Source of the DNA: Clostridia bacterium
GTDB taxonomy: Bacteria; Bacillota; Clostridia; Oscillospirales; CAG-272
Length of the DNA stretch: 64,000 bases
NCBI GenBank assembly: GCA_017454675.1
Contig: JAFTCN010000037.1
Location: 27,573-91,572 of the forward strand
Reading direction: 5' to 3'
Positions 55,047 to 63,961 of this stretch are shown piece after piece. The notes beneath the pieces were generated by a model. The model saw nothing but the letters and a program-made list of their open reading frames with translations. It had not been told where the DNA came from and did no database searches. The position numbers and the translations under genes are program-made. The first letter of the stretch is position 1; each line of letters begins with the position of its first letter.

Positions 55047-56828
55047 TCAGGCTTTGAGCCTCGCTTCGAGCTGGTTGAGTTCCTTGTGGAGCTCCGCGGG
55101 GACGCTGTCTCCGACGAAGGCGTAGAAGTCTCTGATGTTGACGACGTCTTCGAGCCAGGCTTCGCGGTCCACGCTGAGCAGGTCTTTCACCGTATCGGCG
55201 GTGATGTCGAGGCCGTCGATGTTGATGTCCTCCGGCTTCGGAAGATATCCGATCGGAGACAGGTCGGCGTCGACTTCGCCGGCGCATCTCTTGAGGATCC
55301 ATTCAAGGACTCTGAGGTTGTCGCCGAAACCGGGCCAGATGAAGTTGCCTTCGCTGTCGGTCCTGAACCAGTTGACGTGGAAGATCTTCGGCGGATTCGG
55401 GATCCTCTTTCCCATGTCGAGCCAGTGCTGCCAGTAATCGCCCATGTTGTAGCCGACGAACGGTCTCATGGCCATCGGGTCGCGGCGTACCACGCCGATG
55501 GCGCCGGAGGCCGCGGCAGTGGTCTCGGAGGCCATGATCGAGCCGACGAAGGTCCCGTTCTGCCATCCGGTCGACTGATATACCAGCGGAGCGGTGCGGG
55601 CCCGGCGTCCGCCGAAGATGATGGCGGTCACCGGCACGCCGGCCGGGTTGTTGAACTCGGAAGAGAGGCACGGGCAGTTCGTCGCGACCGCGGTGAAGCG
55701 GCTGTTCGGATGCGCGCCCGAGGTGTTGATCTTGTCAGCCTTGTCGTACTTTCTGTAGTCCCACTTCTCGCCCTTCCAGTTGACGGCGTTCTTCGGGGGA
55801 TCGTTGTCGAGGCCTTCCCACCATACGGTGTTGTTGTCGAGGTTGTGGCAGACATTCGTGAAGATGGCGTCTCTCTTTGTGGTGGCGAGGGCGTTCGGGT
55901 TCGACTTCTCGTTGGTGCCGGGGGCGACTCCGAAGAATCCGTTCTCCGGGTTCATGGCCCACAGTCTGCCGTCTTTGCCTATCCTCAGCCAGGCGATGTC
56001 GTCGCCGACCGTCCAGACCTTGAAGCCCTTCTTTCGGTAGACTTCGGGCGGGATGAGCATGGCGAGGTTGGTCTTTCCGCACGCGGACGGGAAGGCGGCG
56101 GTGATGTATTTTACCTGTCCGTCGGGATACTCGACGCCGAGGATGAGCATATGCTCGGCCATCCAGCCTTCCTTGCGGCCGAGGAACGACGCGATGCGCA
56201 GGGCGAAGCACTTCTTGCCGAGCAGGACGTTTCCGCCGTAGCCGGAGTTGACCGACCAGATGGTGTTGTCCTCGGGGAAGTGGACGATGTAGCGGTTGCT
56301 CTCGTCGAGCTGGGCCTTGGAGTGGAGTCCCTTGATGTAGTCGGAGGAATCGCCTATGGCGTCGAGGACGTCGTTTCCGACTCTCGTCATGATGAGCATG
56401 TTGAGCACGACGTAGATCGAGTCGGTGAGCTCGATGCCGTACTTGGCGAATTCGGACCCGACGATGCCCATGGAGTAGGGGATGACGTACATCGTCCTGC
56501 CCTTCATGGAGCCGGTGTAGAGCTTGGAGAGCCTTCTGTAGCACTCTCCGGGCTCGATCCAGTTGTTGATGTTGCCGGCGCCTTCCTTCGTCTTGGTGCA
56601 GATGAAGGTGCGGCCTTCGACTCTGGCGACATCGTTGACCGCGGTGCGGTGAAGATAGCAGCCGGGGAGAAGATCCTGGTTGAGCTTTATCATCTCTCCA
56701 GTTGAGCAGGCCTCGGCGCGCAGGGCGTCGCGCTGGCTGTCGCTGCCGTCGATCCAGACGATCCTGTCGGGCTTCGTCATGGCGGCCATCTCGTCGATCC
56801 AGTTAAGGATGTACTTGTTTTTTGTCAT
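55047..56828 (-). CDS. pck: Phosphoenolpyruvate carboxykinase (GTP-dependent)
   Basis: 593 aa. Motifs typical of GTP-PEPCK: FPSACGKTN, GGNVLLGKKCFALRIAS, WMAEHMLI. Confidence 0.92.
   Translation of the reverse strand: MTKNKYILNWIDEMAAMTKPDRIVWIDGSDSQRDALRAEACSTGEMIKLNQDLLPGCYLHRTAVNDVARVEGRTFICTKTKEGAGNINNWIEPGECYRRLSKLYTGSMKGRTMYVIPYSMGIVGSEFAKYGIELTDSIYVVLNMLIMTRVGNDVLDAIGDSSDYIKGLHSKAQLDESNRYIVHFPEDNTIWSVNSGYGGNVLLGKKCFALRIASFLGRKEGWMAEHMLILGVEYPDGQVKYITAAFPSACGKTNLAMLIPPEVYRKKGFKVWTVGDDIAWLRIGKDGRLWAMNPENGFFGVAPGTNEKSNPNALATTKRDAIFTNVCHNLDNNTVWWEGLDNDPPKNAVNWKGEKWDYRKYDKADKINTSGAHPNSRFTAVATNCPCLSSEFNNPAGVPVTAIIFGGRRARTAPLVYQSTGWQNGTFVGSIMASETTAAASGAIGVVRRDPMAMRPFVGYNMGDYWQHWLDMGKRIPNPPKIFHVNWFRTDSEGNFIWPGFGDNLRVLEWILKRCAGEVDADLSPIGYLPKPEDINIDGLDITADTVKDLLSVDREAWLEDVVNIRDFYAFVGDSVPAELHKELNQLEARLKA
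55163..55184 (+). repeat. Right copy of the 22-bp exact direct repeat, inside the pck coding sequence
   Basis: cgcggtccacgctgagcaggtc. On the minus strand it encodes DLLSVDR of PEPCK. Confidence 0.9.
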
Positions 56829-56863
56829 TGCGAAAAACTCCTTCTTTTACTTTAACGGCATAT

Positions 56864-56892
56864 ATTATACATTATTTTCGCCTCAAAATCAA
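56864..56892 (-). promoter_or_regulatory. Sigma-A promoter for pck (TTGATT-N17-TATAAT)
   Basis: The reverse complement reads TTGATTttgaggcgaaaataatgTATAAT. AAGGAG RBS downstream. Confidence 0.65.
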
Positions 56893-56930
56893 TAGCGGAT
56901 CGGTCCGTGCGGGCGTTTTCGCAAATTTTC

Positions 56931-56958
56931 TTGACAAAACCGTCCCGCAGAGTATAAT
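56931..56958 (+). promoter_or_regulatory. Sigma-A promoter (TTGACA-N16-TATAAT) for the ABC transporter genes
   Basis: TTGACA at 56931-56936 and TATAAT at 56953-56958. Confidence 0.6.
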
Positions 56959-57001
56959 TATATTTGTATAAGTATTTAATCGCTGCGGAAGGGGGAGAGA
57001 C

Positions 57002-59317
57002 ATGGCCTACAGAAAGCCGTATTACGACGAAAACCACAGGCTCGTGCGCTACGGTCCCGTCAGCTTTCTGCGCGACGCATGGAACTTCAGCCGGAATTTT
57101 TTTGCGTTCCGCAACGTGAAGCTCGCCTTCCGCGGAGTCACTACGGGATTCCGTGAGTATTTCGTCTTCTTCGTCTCGATCTTCCTGCTCCAGACGCTCT
57201 TTTTCACCGTCTGGCTGCGCTTTGATACCGCCTCGGCGGTCGCGAGGGAGGAGGCTTATTCGGGCGACGGATACAACCTGACCGTCGAGAAGATCTCCCA
57301 GGAGGCCTACACCGAGCTGTTCAACTCCTATCTTTCGTTCGCCGGGGAGAACACCCCGGCCGACAGAGGCTACGAGGTGCTCGACACCGAGGGCTACTAC
57401 GACGGCTACGGAGACAGGTACTACCGCCTGAATTTCATTCTCACCGACGACAGCATAGAGTTCTGCGACGCGATCGTCTCGAGGTACGGACTGGACCGTG
57501 AGGAGTTCACGGTGAGCTACGGAGAACGGTCGAACTATCTGAACCGCATCTCGGAGATGAAACGAAAGTCGGTCGTGAACACGGTGCTCGTCGGCGTGCT
57601 CGCCGCGGCGGCGCTGACCCTGCTGTTCTATATCAGGATAAATCAGAACAAATTCCTTTACGGCATTTATATCGCTTTCGGGGCTGGCTTCGAGAAACTG
57701 CTCGAGACCGCCTGGTGGGAGCTTCTGGCCGTCGCGCTGATGACGTATCTGCCCGCGGCCGGGGCGTCCGCCGGGATCTATTCCGCCGTAGCGGCGGCGG
57801 GCGGCGCAAAGCCTGTCTTCGTCTGGGGACGCCTCGGCTGGGGCCTGCTCTGGACGACGGCCGTCGTGGCGCTGTCGGTGGTGCCCGGTGTCCGGATCAT
57901 ATCGAAAAAGATGCCGGTGTCGCTCATCACGGCGGCTGACAACTCGAACTATGTCAGCTCGCCCAGAGTGTCGTTCCGGATATTCGGCAAGCGCTTCCCG
58001 TTCCACTACGAGCTTTTCGGCTTCGTAAGATTCAGAAGCTACTACATCATGCTGGTGTCGGCGGCTGTGGCGTTCACCGTCGTGTTCTCGACCGGACTCT
58101 TCCTCGCCGACCTGAAGAAGACCGAGGCCGAAGACAACAGACCGTATTTCACCCTGTCGGCAGGAAGCGGCGAACTCGACAGCTACGACATCGCCGGCAT
58201 CGACGACATCGAGGGCGTCGACTACACGGTCTGGTCGAAGTCGGCCGACGCGACGTCGCTCCGCTCTTTCGTGCTGCTGACAAAGGAACAGTCGTCGGGG
58301 ATAACGTCGATGACGGTGAAGGACCCGGCTACCGGGCTTTACGCCGACAACAACGTGCGCTACAGCCGGCTGTCTGAACTGCTGGCGGAAGAGGTGACGT
58401 CGCACGGCGTGTGGAAGGTAGACGGCGACCTCGCGGCCGTCGCGGCGGGCGGAGACACGGTGGCCGTCACGCGAAGCATCAACAACCGCGACGTCCTCGG
58501 TTTCAAGGTCGGTGACAGGATAACGGTCGCGACGTTCAGGGAGCAGGGAAGACCGCTCGTCTTCGACAGGATTGACAGGAAATACGTGCTCTCCGTGCTG
58601 CTGAACGACGCATATTTCAACTATACAGAGGTGACCGTAGGGGCCGTGGTCGACGACGGCGACACATCGGATGAATACACGGTATACATGCCCGACGCGC
58701 TCTACGCGAAGATCACCGGCGACAGCTCGGGCTATACTGATGCCTCCGTGTATCTCGAGCGGGGCATCGCGAACAGCGAGACCGGGAGGATCCGGAACGC
58801 GATAGTGAAGATCATGTCGGTGCACCGGGGATATACCGTGACGCCCACCGGAGAGGGATACCGCCGGGCGCTCGCGCAGAAGGCCGGCGCGCGACTGCCC
58901 CTCATCACCGGCTCGGCAGCGGTGCTGCTCATCAGCCCGCTCGTCTGGCTTTACGCGCAGTCAGCCTTCTGCCGAAAGCGCTACGGCGAGATCTTCCTGC
59001 TCTCGGCCTGCGGCTCGAAGGACAGCGACATACGTAAGCTCTTCCTGTTCTCGGGAGCCGTCCTCACCGTTCTCGCCGCCGCCGCGACTGCCGGGATCGG
59101 ATCGCTCCTCAATTACATTATATATTACCTTGTCAACGTTTACTTCCCGTCGATGGGATTCGGCGAACAGATAAGATACGATTACACCTTCTCGCCGCTT
59201 GGACTTGCGGTATGCGTGCTGCTGTCGGCTGTCGCGGCGATGCTGTCGACCTACCTGCCGTTCCTCGCGTTCGTGAGGGACCGCGACAGGATAGCGAGAG
59301 TCGAGAGCGGCGAATGA
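57002..59317 (+). CDS. Large ABC transporter permease (FtsX/MacB-like)
   Basis: 771 aa. TM clusters are separated by large soluble regions. Immediately followed by a MacB/LolD-type ATPase gene. Confidence 0.65.
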   Translation: MAYRKPYYDENHRLVRYGPVSFLRDAWNFSRNFFAFRNVKLAFRGVTTGFREYFVFFVSIFLLQTLFFTVWLRFDTASAVAREEAYSGDGYNLTVEKISQEAYTELFNSYLSFAGENTPADRGYEVLDTEGYYDGYGDRYYRLNFILTDDSIEFCDAIVSRYGLDREEFTVSYGERSNYLNRISEMKRKSVVNTVLVGVLAAAALTLLFYIRINQNKFLYGIYIAFGAGFEKLLETAWWELLAVALMTYLPAAGASAGIYSAVAAAGGAKPVFVWGRLGWGLLWTTAVVALSVVPGVRIISKKMPVSLITAADNSNYVSSPRVSFRIFGKRFPFHYELFGFVRFRSYYIMLVSAAVAFTVVFSTGLFLADLKKTEAEDNRPYFTLSAGSGELDSYDIAGIDDIEGVDYTVWSKSADATSLRSFVLLTKEQSSGITSMTVKDPATGLYADNNVRYSRLSELLAEEVTSHGVWKVDGDLAAVAAGGDTVAVTRSINNRDVLGFKVGDRITVATFREQGRPLVFDRIDRKYVLSVLLNDAYFNYTEVTVGAVVDDGDTSDEYTVYMPDALYAKITGDSSGYTDASVYLERGIANSETGRIRNAIVKIMSVHRGYTVTPTGEGYRRALAQKAGARLPLITGSAAVLLISPLVWLYAQSAFCRKRYGEIFLLSACGSKDSDIRKLFLFSGAVLTVLAAAATAGIGSLLNYIIYYLVNVYFPSMGFGEQIRYDYTFSPLGLAVCVLLSAVAAMLSTYLPFLAFVRDRDRIARVESGE

Positions 59318-59365
59318 GCCGTCGCGGCGCATGACCGTATGAAAGACGGGAGGAAAGGAAGCTTC

Positions 59366-60070
59366 ATGGCAAACGGCTACTCGGGCGGACGGGTCATACT
59401 CGAGGTCCGCGACGTAATAAAGCAGTTCAAACAGTACGACTCTGTCGTCACCGCCGTCAACAGGGCGAATTTCGAGGTCTGCGACGGCGAATTCGTGGCC
59501 ATCATGGGGGCGTCGGGCTCGGGAAAATCCACCCTGCTGCACGTTTTAGCCGGTCTCGACAGGCCGAATTCGGGCAGGATCACCCTGCGCGGGAACGAGA
59601 TCACGGCAATGAACGCCGACGACCTGGCGGTCTTCCGCGGCAACTACATCGGGGTGATCTTCCAGAGCCACAATCTCATACCGCAGTTCACCGCGCTCGA
59701 GAACATACTCGTGCCGACGCTGATGTGCAACAAGCCCGACTTCAGCTACGAGGAGCACCTCAAGAAACTCGTCTCGACGCTCCGGATCGCCGACAGGCTC
59801 CACCATCTGCCGAGCGAGCTGTCGGGCGGACAGCAGCAGAGAGTGGCGATAGCGAGGGCGCTGATCAACCGCCCCCAGATAGTTTTTGCCGACGAGCCGA
59901 CCGGCAACCTCGACAGAGACAACGCCGACGAGGTGCTGAGCCTGCTGCTGCGCACCAAGGAGGTAATGAACCAGACGCTCATCATGGTCACGCACGACCG
60001 CTCGATCGCGGAGAAGGCTGACAGGATTTTTGAAATGGAGAACGGCGACCTCCGGCCGCTGAGACAGTGA
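59366..60070 (+). CDS. ABC transporter ATP-binding protein (MacB/LolD-like)
   Basis: I prefer the ATG at 59366 (GGGAGGAAAGGAAG upstream) over 59339. Walker A GASGSGKST, signature LSGGQQQRVAIARAL, Walker B IVFADEPT. Confidence 0.88.
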   Translation: MANGYSGGRVILEVRDVIKQFKQYDSVVTAVNRANFEVCDGEFVAIMGASGSGKSTLLHVLAGLDRPNSGRITLRGNEITAMNADDLAVFRGNYIGVIFQSHNLIPQFTALENILVPTLMCNKPDFSYEEHLKKLVSTLRIADRLHHLPSELSGGQQQRVAIARALINRPQIVFADEPTGNLDRDNADEVLSLLLRTKEVMNQTLIMVTHDRSIAEKADRIFEMENGDLRPLRQ

Positions 60071-61491
60071 TGACGAACGAAGTATTTATGGGTATAGATA
60101 TCGGGACGACGTCGGTCAAGGCCGCGGCGTTCGACGGCAGTGGAAAGCGTCTCGGGCTCTTCACCGAGGACTACGCGCTCGACACGTCGGACGGCGGACG
60201 GGTCATCGAGTTCGACCCCGAGAAGTACGCGCAGATCTGCTTCCGCGCGGTCGATGAGATGCTCGCGGTCTGCGGACACATAGACGCCATATCGGTCGAC
60301 ACCCAGGGCGAGACGATGATCCTTGCCGACGCGGAAGGAAGACCGCTGGCGCCGGCCGTCGTCTGGCTCGACAACAGGGCAGGCGAGGAAGCCGGCATGA
60401 TAAAGGACAGATACGGCTGCGAATACGTTTACGGACTGACGGGACAGCCCGAGATCACGGCCGGATGGCCCGCGTCGAAGCTTTTGTGGTTCAGGCGCCG
60501 CCGCCCGGAGGTCTTCGAGGCTGCGGAGAAGATCTTCCTGCTCGAGGACTGGATCCTCTTCCGGCTGACCGGCAGTTTCGTCACCGAGCCATGCATACAG
60601 TCGTCGTCGGTATATTTTGATATAAAGAAGGGCGACTTCGACTCCGGCATGCTGGATTTCATCGGAGTGCCGAGGAGAAAACTCCCCGAGATACTGCCAA
60701 CCGGAAGCGTGTGCGGCAGATACCGCGGGATACCAGTCGTGACGGGGACTCTCGACCAGCTGGCCGGGACGCTCGGCAGCGGTGTCGCCGACGGCAGTGA
60801 GATCAGCGAGATGACCGGCACCATAATGGCGATCTGCGCCATGTGCGACGGTATCCCGCCTTACAGTCCCGACAGCATCATTCCGTGCCATGTGCACGCC
60901 GTGCGCGGCAAATACTGCAGGATACTTTGGTCGTCGACCGCCGGAATGGCGCTCAAGTGGTTCCGGACGAATTTCTGCGAGAACATGACCTTCCGTCAGA
61001 TCGACGAAGCCGCGGTGAAGGTCCCGGCCGGGTGCGAGGGCCTGACGCTGCTGCCGTATTTCACCGGCTCGACGATGCCGAGATACAACCCCGACGCAAC
61101 GGCCTCCTTCACCGGGATCACCCTTGCCCACACGAGGGCGCATTTCGCGCGCGCCGTCATGGAGTCGGTGGCCTTCATGCTTCGGCAGGACCTCGAGTAT
61201 CTCGGTGCCGGCGGGATACGCGAGATCAGGATCACCGGCGGCGGCGCCTCGGGCACCCTCTGGCCGCAGATCAAGGCCGACGTCACCGGAAAGACGCTCT
61301 GCACCCTCACCGAGAGCGAGACCGCCTGCCTCGGCTCGGCGATGATCGCGGCATACGGGATCTCGGCGTTCGGGTCGCTGTCCGACGCAGCAAAGTCGCT
61401 CGTCCGCATAAAGGACAGGTTCACACCGTCGGGAGCCGACTATTCCGAGGCCTACCGCCGCTTCTGCGAGGCCGACCGACTGCTGAACTGA
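60067..61491 (+). CDS. FGGY-family carbohydrate kinase (xylulokinase-like)
   Basis: MGIDIGTTSVKAAAFD phosphate-1 motif. GTG 60067 or ATG 60070 overlaps the upstream stop. Confidence 0.85.
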   Translation: MMTNEVFMGIDIGTTSVKAAAFDGSGKRLGLFTEDYALDTSDGGRVIEFDPEKYAQICFRAVDEMLAVCGHIDAISVDTQGETMILADAEGRPLAPAVVWLDNRAGEEAGMIKDRYGCEYVYGLTGQPEITAGWPASKLLWFRRRRPEVFEAAEKIFLLEDWILFRLTGSFVTEPCIQSSSVYFDIKKGDFDSGMLDFIGVPRRKLPEILPTGSVCGRYRGIPVVTGTLDQLAGTLGSGVADGSEISEMTGTIMAICAMCDGIPPYSPDSIIPCHVHAVRGKYCRILWSSTAGMALKWFRTNFCENMTFRQIDEAAVKVPAGCEGLTLLPYFTGSTMPRYNPDATASFTGITLAHTRAHFARAVMESVAFMLRQDLEYLGAGGIREIRITGGGASGTLWPQIKADVTGKTLCTLTESETACLGSAMIAAYGISAFGSLSDAAKSLVRIKDRFTPSGADYSEAYRRFCEADRLLN

Positions 61492-61540
61492 ACAGATAAT
61501 GATGAAAAAACAGTAATTCAGACATAAAGGAGAACCTTAA

Positions 61541-62893
61541 ATGGGAAAAATCGGTTTCGCCGGATTCGGCGAGGTCAACACGCCGGTCGATGTGATCGTC
61601 AGAAAATGCAAAGCCGCCGAGGAGGCGCTGAAGGAGGAAGGCTTCGATCTGCTCTCGGTATATCCGATAGCCGACGACAGGGAGGAGAAGCAGGTCACCG
61701 CTGCCTCGGAGAAACTCATGTCGGAGCCGCTCGACGCGCTCGTGGTATGCGTCGCGGGCTGGATCCCCACGCACGCCGTCGTGAAGGTGACGGAGCACTT
61801 CAGACACCTTCCGATACTGCTCTGGGGCCTCTGCGGCTGGTATGAGGGCGATACGCTCGTCACCACCGCCGACCAGGCAGGCACATCGGGGCTGCGCGCG
61901 ACCTTCGCCGGGCTCGGATACAGATTCAAATATCTATACGACATAATCGGCAGAAAGACAAGGAGCGCCGAGGCGGCCGTCTATCTCCGCGCCGCCCAGA
62001 CCGCGAAGGCGATGCTGCACGACAAGGTCGGCATGGCCGGCTACCGCGACATGAACCTCTACGGCACGCTCTACGACGGGCTGTCGCTCAAAAAGAAGAC
62101 GGGAGTCGAGATAGAGACCTTCGAGATGCTCGACATTCAGCAGAGATACGAAAAGCTGGATCAGGCGGAGGTCGACAGGGTCGTGAGGGAACGCATCATG
62201 AAGTGGCACTTCCTCAAGCCCGCCGCGGAGGCTTCGATGCGCAAGGCGGCCGGATACTATCTCGCGGTGAAGCAGATCGCCGAAGAGCGCGGATACAGAT
62301 CGGTCTCGATCAAGGACGTCGACGGGATGAAGCTGCTCTGCGGATTCCCGCCCGCGCCGATATTCATGCTCCTCTCGGAGGACGGCTACACCACCGTGCC
62401 CGAGAACGATTCGCTCGGCGCCGTGACCCAGCTGATCATGAACAGACTGACCGGACAGAGGGCGGGATACCTCGAATTCTACGAATTCTTCGACAGCAGC
62501 GTCCTCGCCGGAGTTCCCGATTTCGTCGCGTGCGACATGATCGACGGCGACACCTACACCGTCCTGCCGGCGGCCTTCGGACTGCTCGATCAGGGCATCC
62601 TCAACGTGTCGAAGCTGAAGACAGGCACCGTGACGCTCTCGAGGCTCACTTTCGCCGACGGCAGATACGTGATGCAGACCGTCCTCGGACGCGGCAAGAC
62701 CCCTCCGAAGTGGGAGGAATGCGGCTGGGACAAGCCGGCGCCGCAGCTTTCGGCTCTCGAGATCGAACTGCCCGACGTCCCGCGCTTCGCCGACAACGTC
62801 GCGTGCCAGCACTACATCGTGACCTACGGCGACAGCAGGCCGCAGATCCGCGCGCTCTGCTCGATACTCGGGATCGAAGTATTCGAGCTCTGA
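61541..62893 (+). CDS. L-fucose/L-arabinose isomerase-family protein
   Basis: 450 aa. MGKIGFAGFGEVNTP start and overall layout are typical of the short FucI-like isomerases of Clostridia. Confidence 0.65.
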   Translation: MGKIGFAGFGEVNTPVDVIVRKCKAAEEALKEEGFDLLSVYPIADDREEKQVTAASEKLMSEPLDALVVCVAGWIPTHAVVKVTEHFRHLPILLWGLCGWYEGDTLVTTADQAGTSGLRATFAGLGYRFKYLYDIIGRKTRSAEAAVYLRAAQTAKAMLHDKVGMAGYRDMNLYGTLYDGLSLKKKTGVEIETFEMLDIQQRYEKLDQAEVDRVVRERIMKWHFLKPAAEASMRKAAGYYLAVKQIAEERGYRSVSIKDVDGMKLLCGFPPAPIFMLLSEDGYTTVPENDSLGAVTQLIMNRLTGQRAGYLEFYEFFDSSVLAGVPDFVACDMIDGDTYTVLPAAFGLLDQGILNVSKLKTGTVTLSRLTFADGRYVMQTVLGRGKTPPKWEECGWDKPAPQLSALEIELPDVPRFADNVACQHYIVTYGDSRPQIRALCSILGIEVFEL

Positions 62894-62977
62894 GCGGGAC
62901 AAAACCCGCGGGAAAGGCAGCGGCAGACATGAGCCGGGCCTCCTCCGGAACAATATAAGACAGAAAGAAGAAACGCA

Positions 62978-63688
62978 ATGATAAAGGACTGCAGGATCAG
63001 GGCCCCGTTCTTCGAGATCGGACCCAAATGCTTCATGTGGGGAAAACGCATGCTGAAACTGGCCAAGGCGGTCGACCGCATAGCCGAAAAATACGATCTC
63101 GACGTCATCATCACGCCCCAGTACCCGGATATTCGCCTGCTCGCGGAGCACACGCACAGAGTACATATCTTCGCTCAGCACATGGATCCGCTCTATCCCG
63201 GACGCGGACTCGGCTCGGTGCTTCCCGAGGCCGTAGCGGAGGCGGGCGCCACCGGCGTCATGCTCAACCACGCCGAGAAGAAGCTGTCTCCCGATGTGCT
63301 CGCCGAGACGATACGCCGCGCCGACGAGGTCGGCCTCGCGACCATCGTATGCGCCGATACCGTCGAGGAGATAAGGAGCGTCGCGATGATGAAGCCGAAT
63401 CTGATCGTCGCCGAGCCGACCGATCTCATCGGGACCGGAGTGACGAGCGGAATGTCGTACGTCACCGAGACCATCGCCGCAGTTCGCGAGATCGATCCCC
63501 GGATAATGGTGCTCCAGGGCGCAGGCATCTCGGGCCCCGACGACGTCGCGAGGGTGATCCGGGCGGGTGCGCTCGCCACCGGCTGCACCAGCGGCGTCAT
63601 GAAGGCGGAGGACCCTGAGAAAGCCGCAGAGGAGATGCTGCGCGCTCTACGCGAGACCTGGGACGAGGTCCACGGTAAAGAGAAATAA
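62978..63688 (+). CDS. Triose-phosphate isomerase family protein (short, archaeal-like type)
   Basis: 236 aa. GVMLNHAEKKL resembles the archaeal-type INHSE catalytic motif. Also has a GAGISGPDD phosphate-binding region. Confidence 0.65.
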   Translation: MIKDCRIRAPFFEIGPKCFMWGKRMLKLAKAVDRIAEKYDLDVIITPQYPDIRLLAEHTHRVHIFAQHMDPLYPGRGLGSVLPEAVAEAGATGVMLNHAEKKLSPDVLAETIRRADEVGLATIVCADTVEEIRSVAMMKPNLIVAEPTDLIGTGVTSGMSYVTETIAAVREIDPRIMVLQGAGISGPDDVARVIRAGALATGCTSGVMKAEDPEKAAEEMLRALRETWDEVHGKEK

Positions 63689-63750
63689 AACACACGGGCC
63701 GCAATTGCGCCGGGATCTTCCGATTTTTGCGCATTTCGGCCCGTTTTCTG

Positions 63751-63779
63751 TTGACAATCTTCTGATTAAATGATATAAT
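63751..63779 (+). promoter_or_regulatory. Consensus sigma-A promoter (TTGACA-N17-TATAAT, TG extended -10)
   Basis: TTGACA at 63751-63756 and TATAAT at 63774-63779. No ORF follows before the window end. Confidence 0.7.
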
Positions 63780-63892
63780 TATTATGCTTCGGAAGCAGGT
63801 GACGGTATGTCGGACCGTCCGGAATGCCGGCTCGTTCAGCGTCCCGGATGACGGGACGGTGCGGTGTACACCCCGCCGGAGCGGTTGCATCA

Positions 63893-63961
63893 GCTTATAT
63901 ATCCTCTGAAATAAGGTCAGAAAGTTTCTACCGGATTGCCGTAAACCGTCCGACTATAAGC
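63893..63961 (+). promoter_or_regulatory. Purine riboswitch aptamer, guanine/hypoxanthine class (C at the specificity position)
   Basis: P1 GCTTATA/TATAAGC, J2-3 AGTTTCTACC, L3 CCGTAAA, and J3-1 GTCCGACTAT with C. Near-identical to the conserved core of the B. subtilis xpt aptamer. The expression platform and regulated gene lie beyond the window. Confidence 0.85.

Noticed and set aside
63786-63892. Possible ZTP (pfl) riboswitch or another known riboswitch in the leader upstream of the purine aptamer, based on GTGACGG... and ...CCGCCGGAGC.
   Set aside because: The resemblance to the ZTP core (GACUGGCG ... CCGCCUGGGC) fails at conserved positions, and I cannot fold a convincing pseudoknot by eye. 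I left it as an unexplained leader only.
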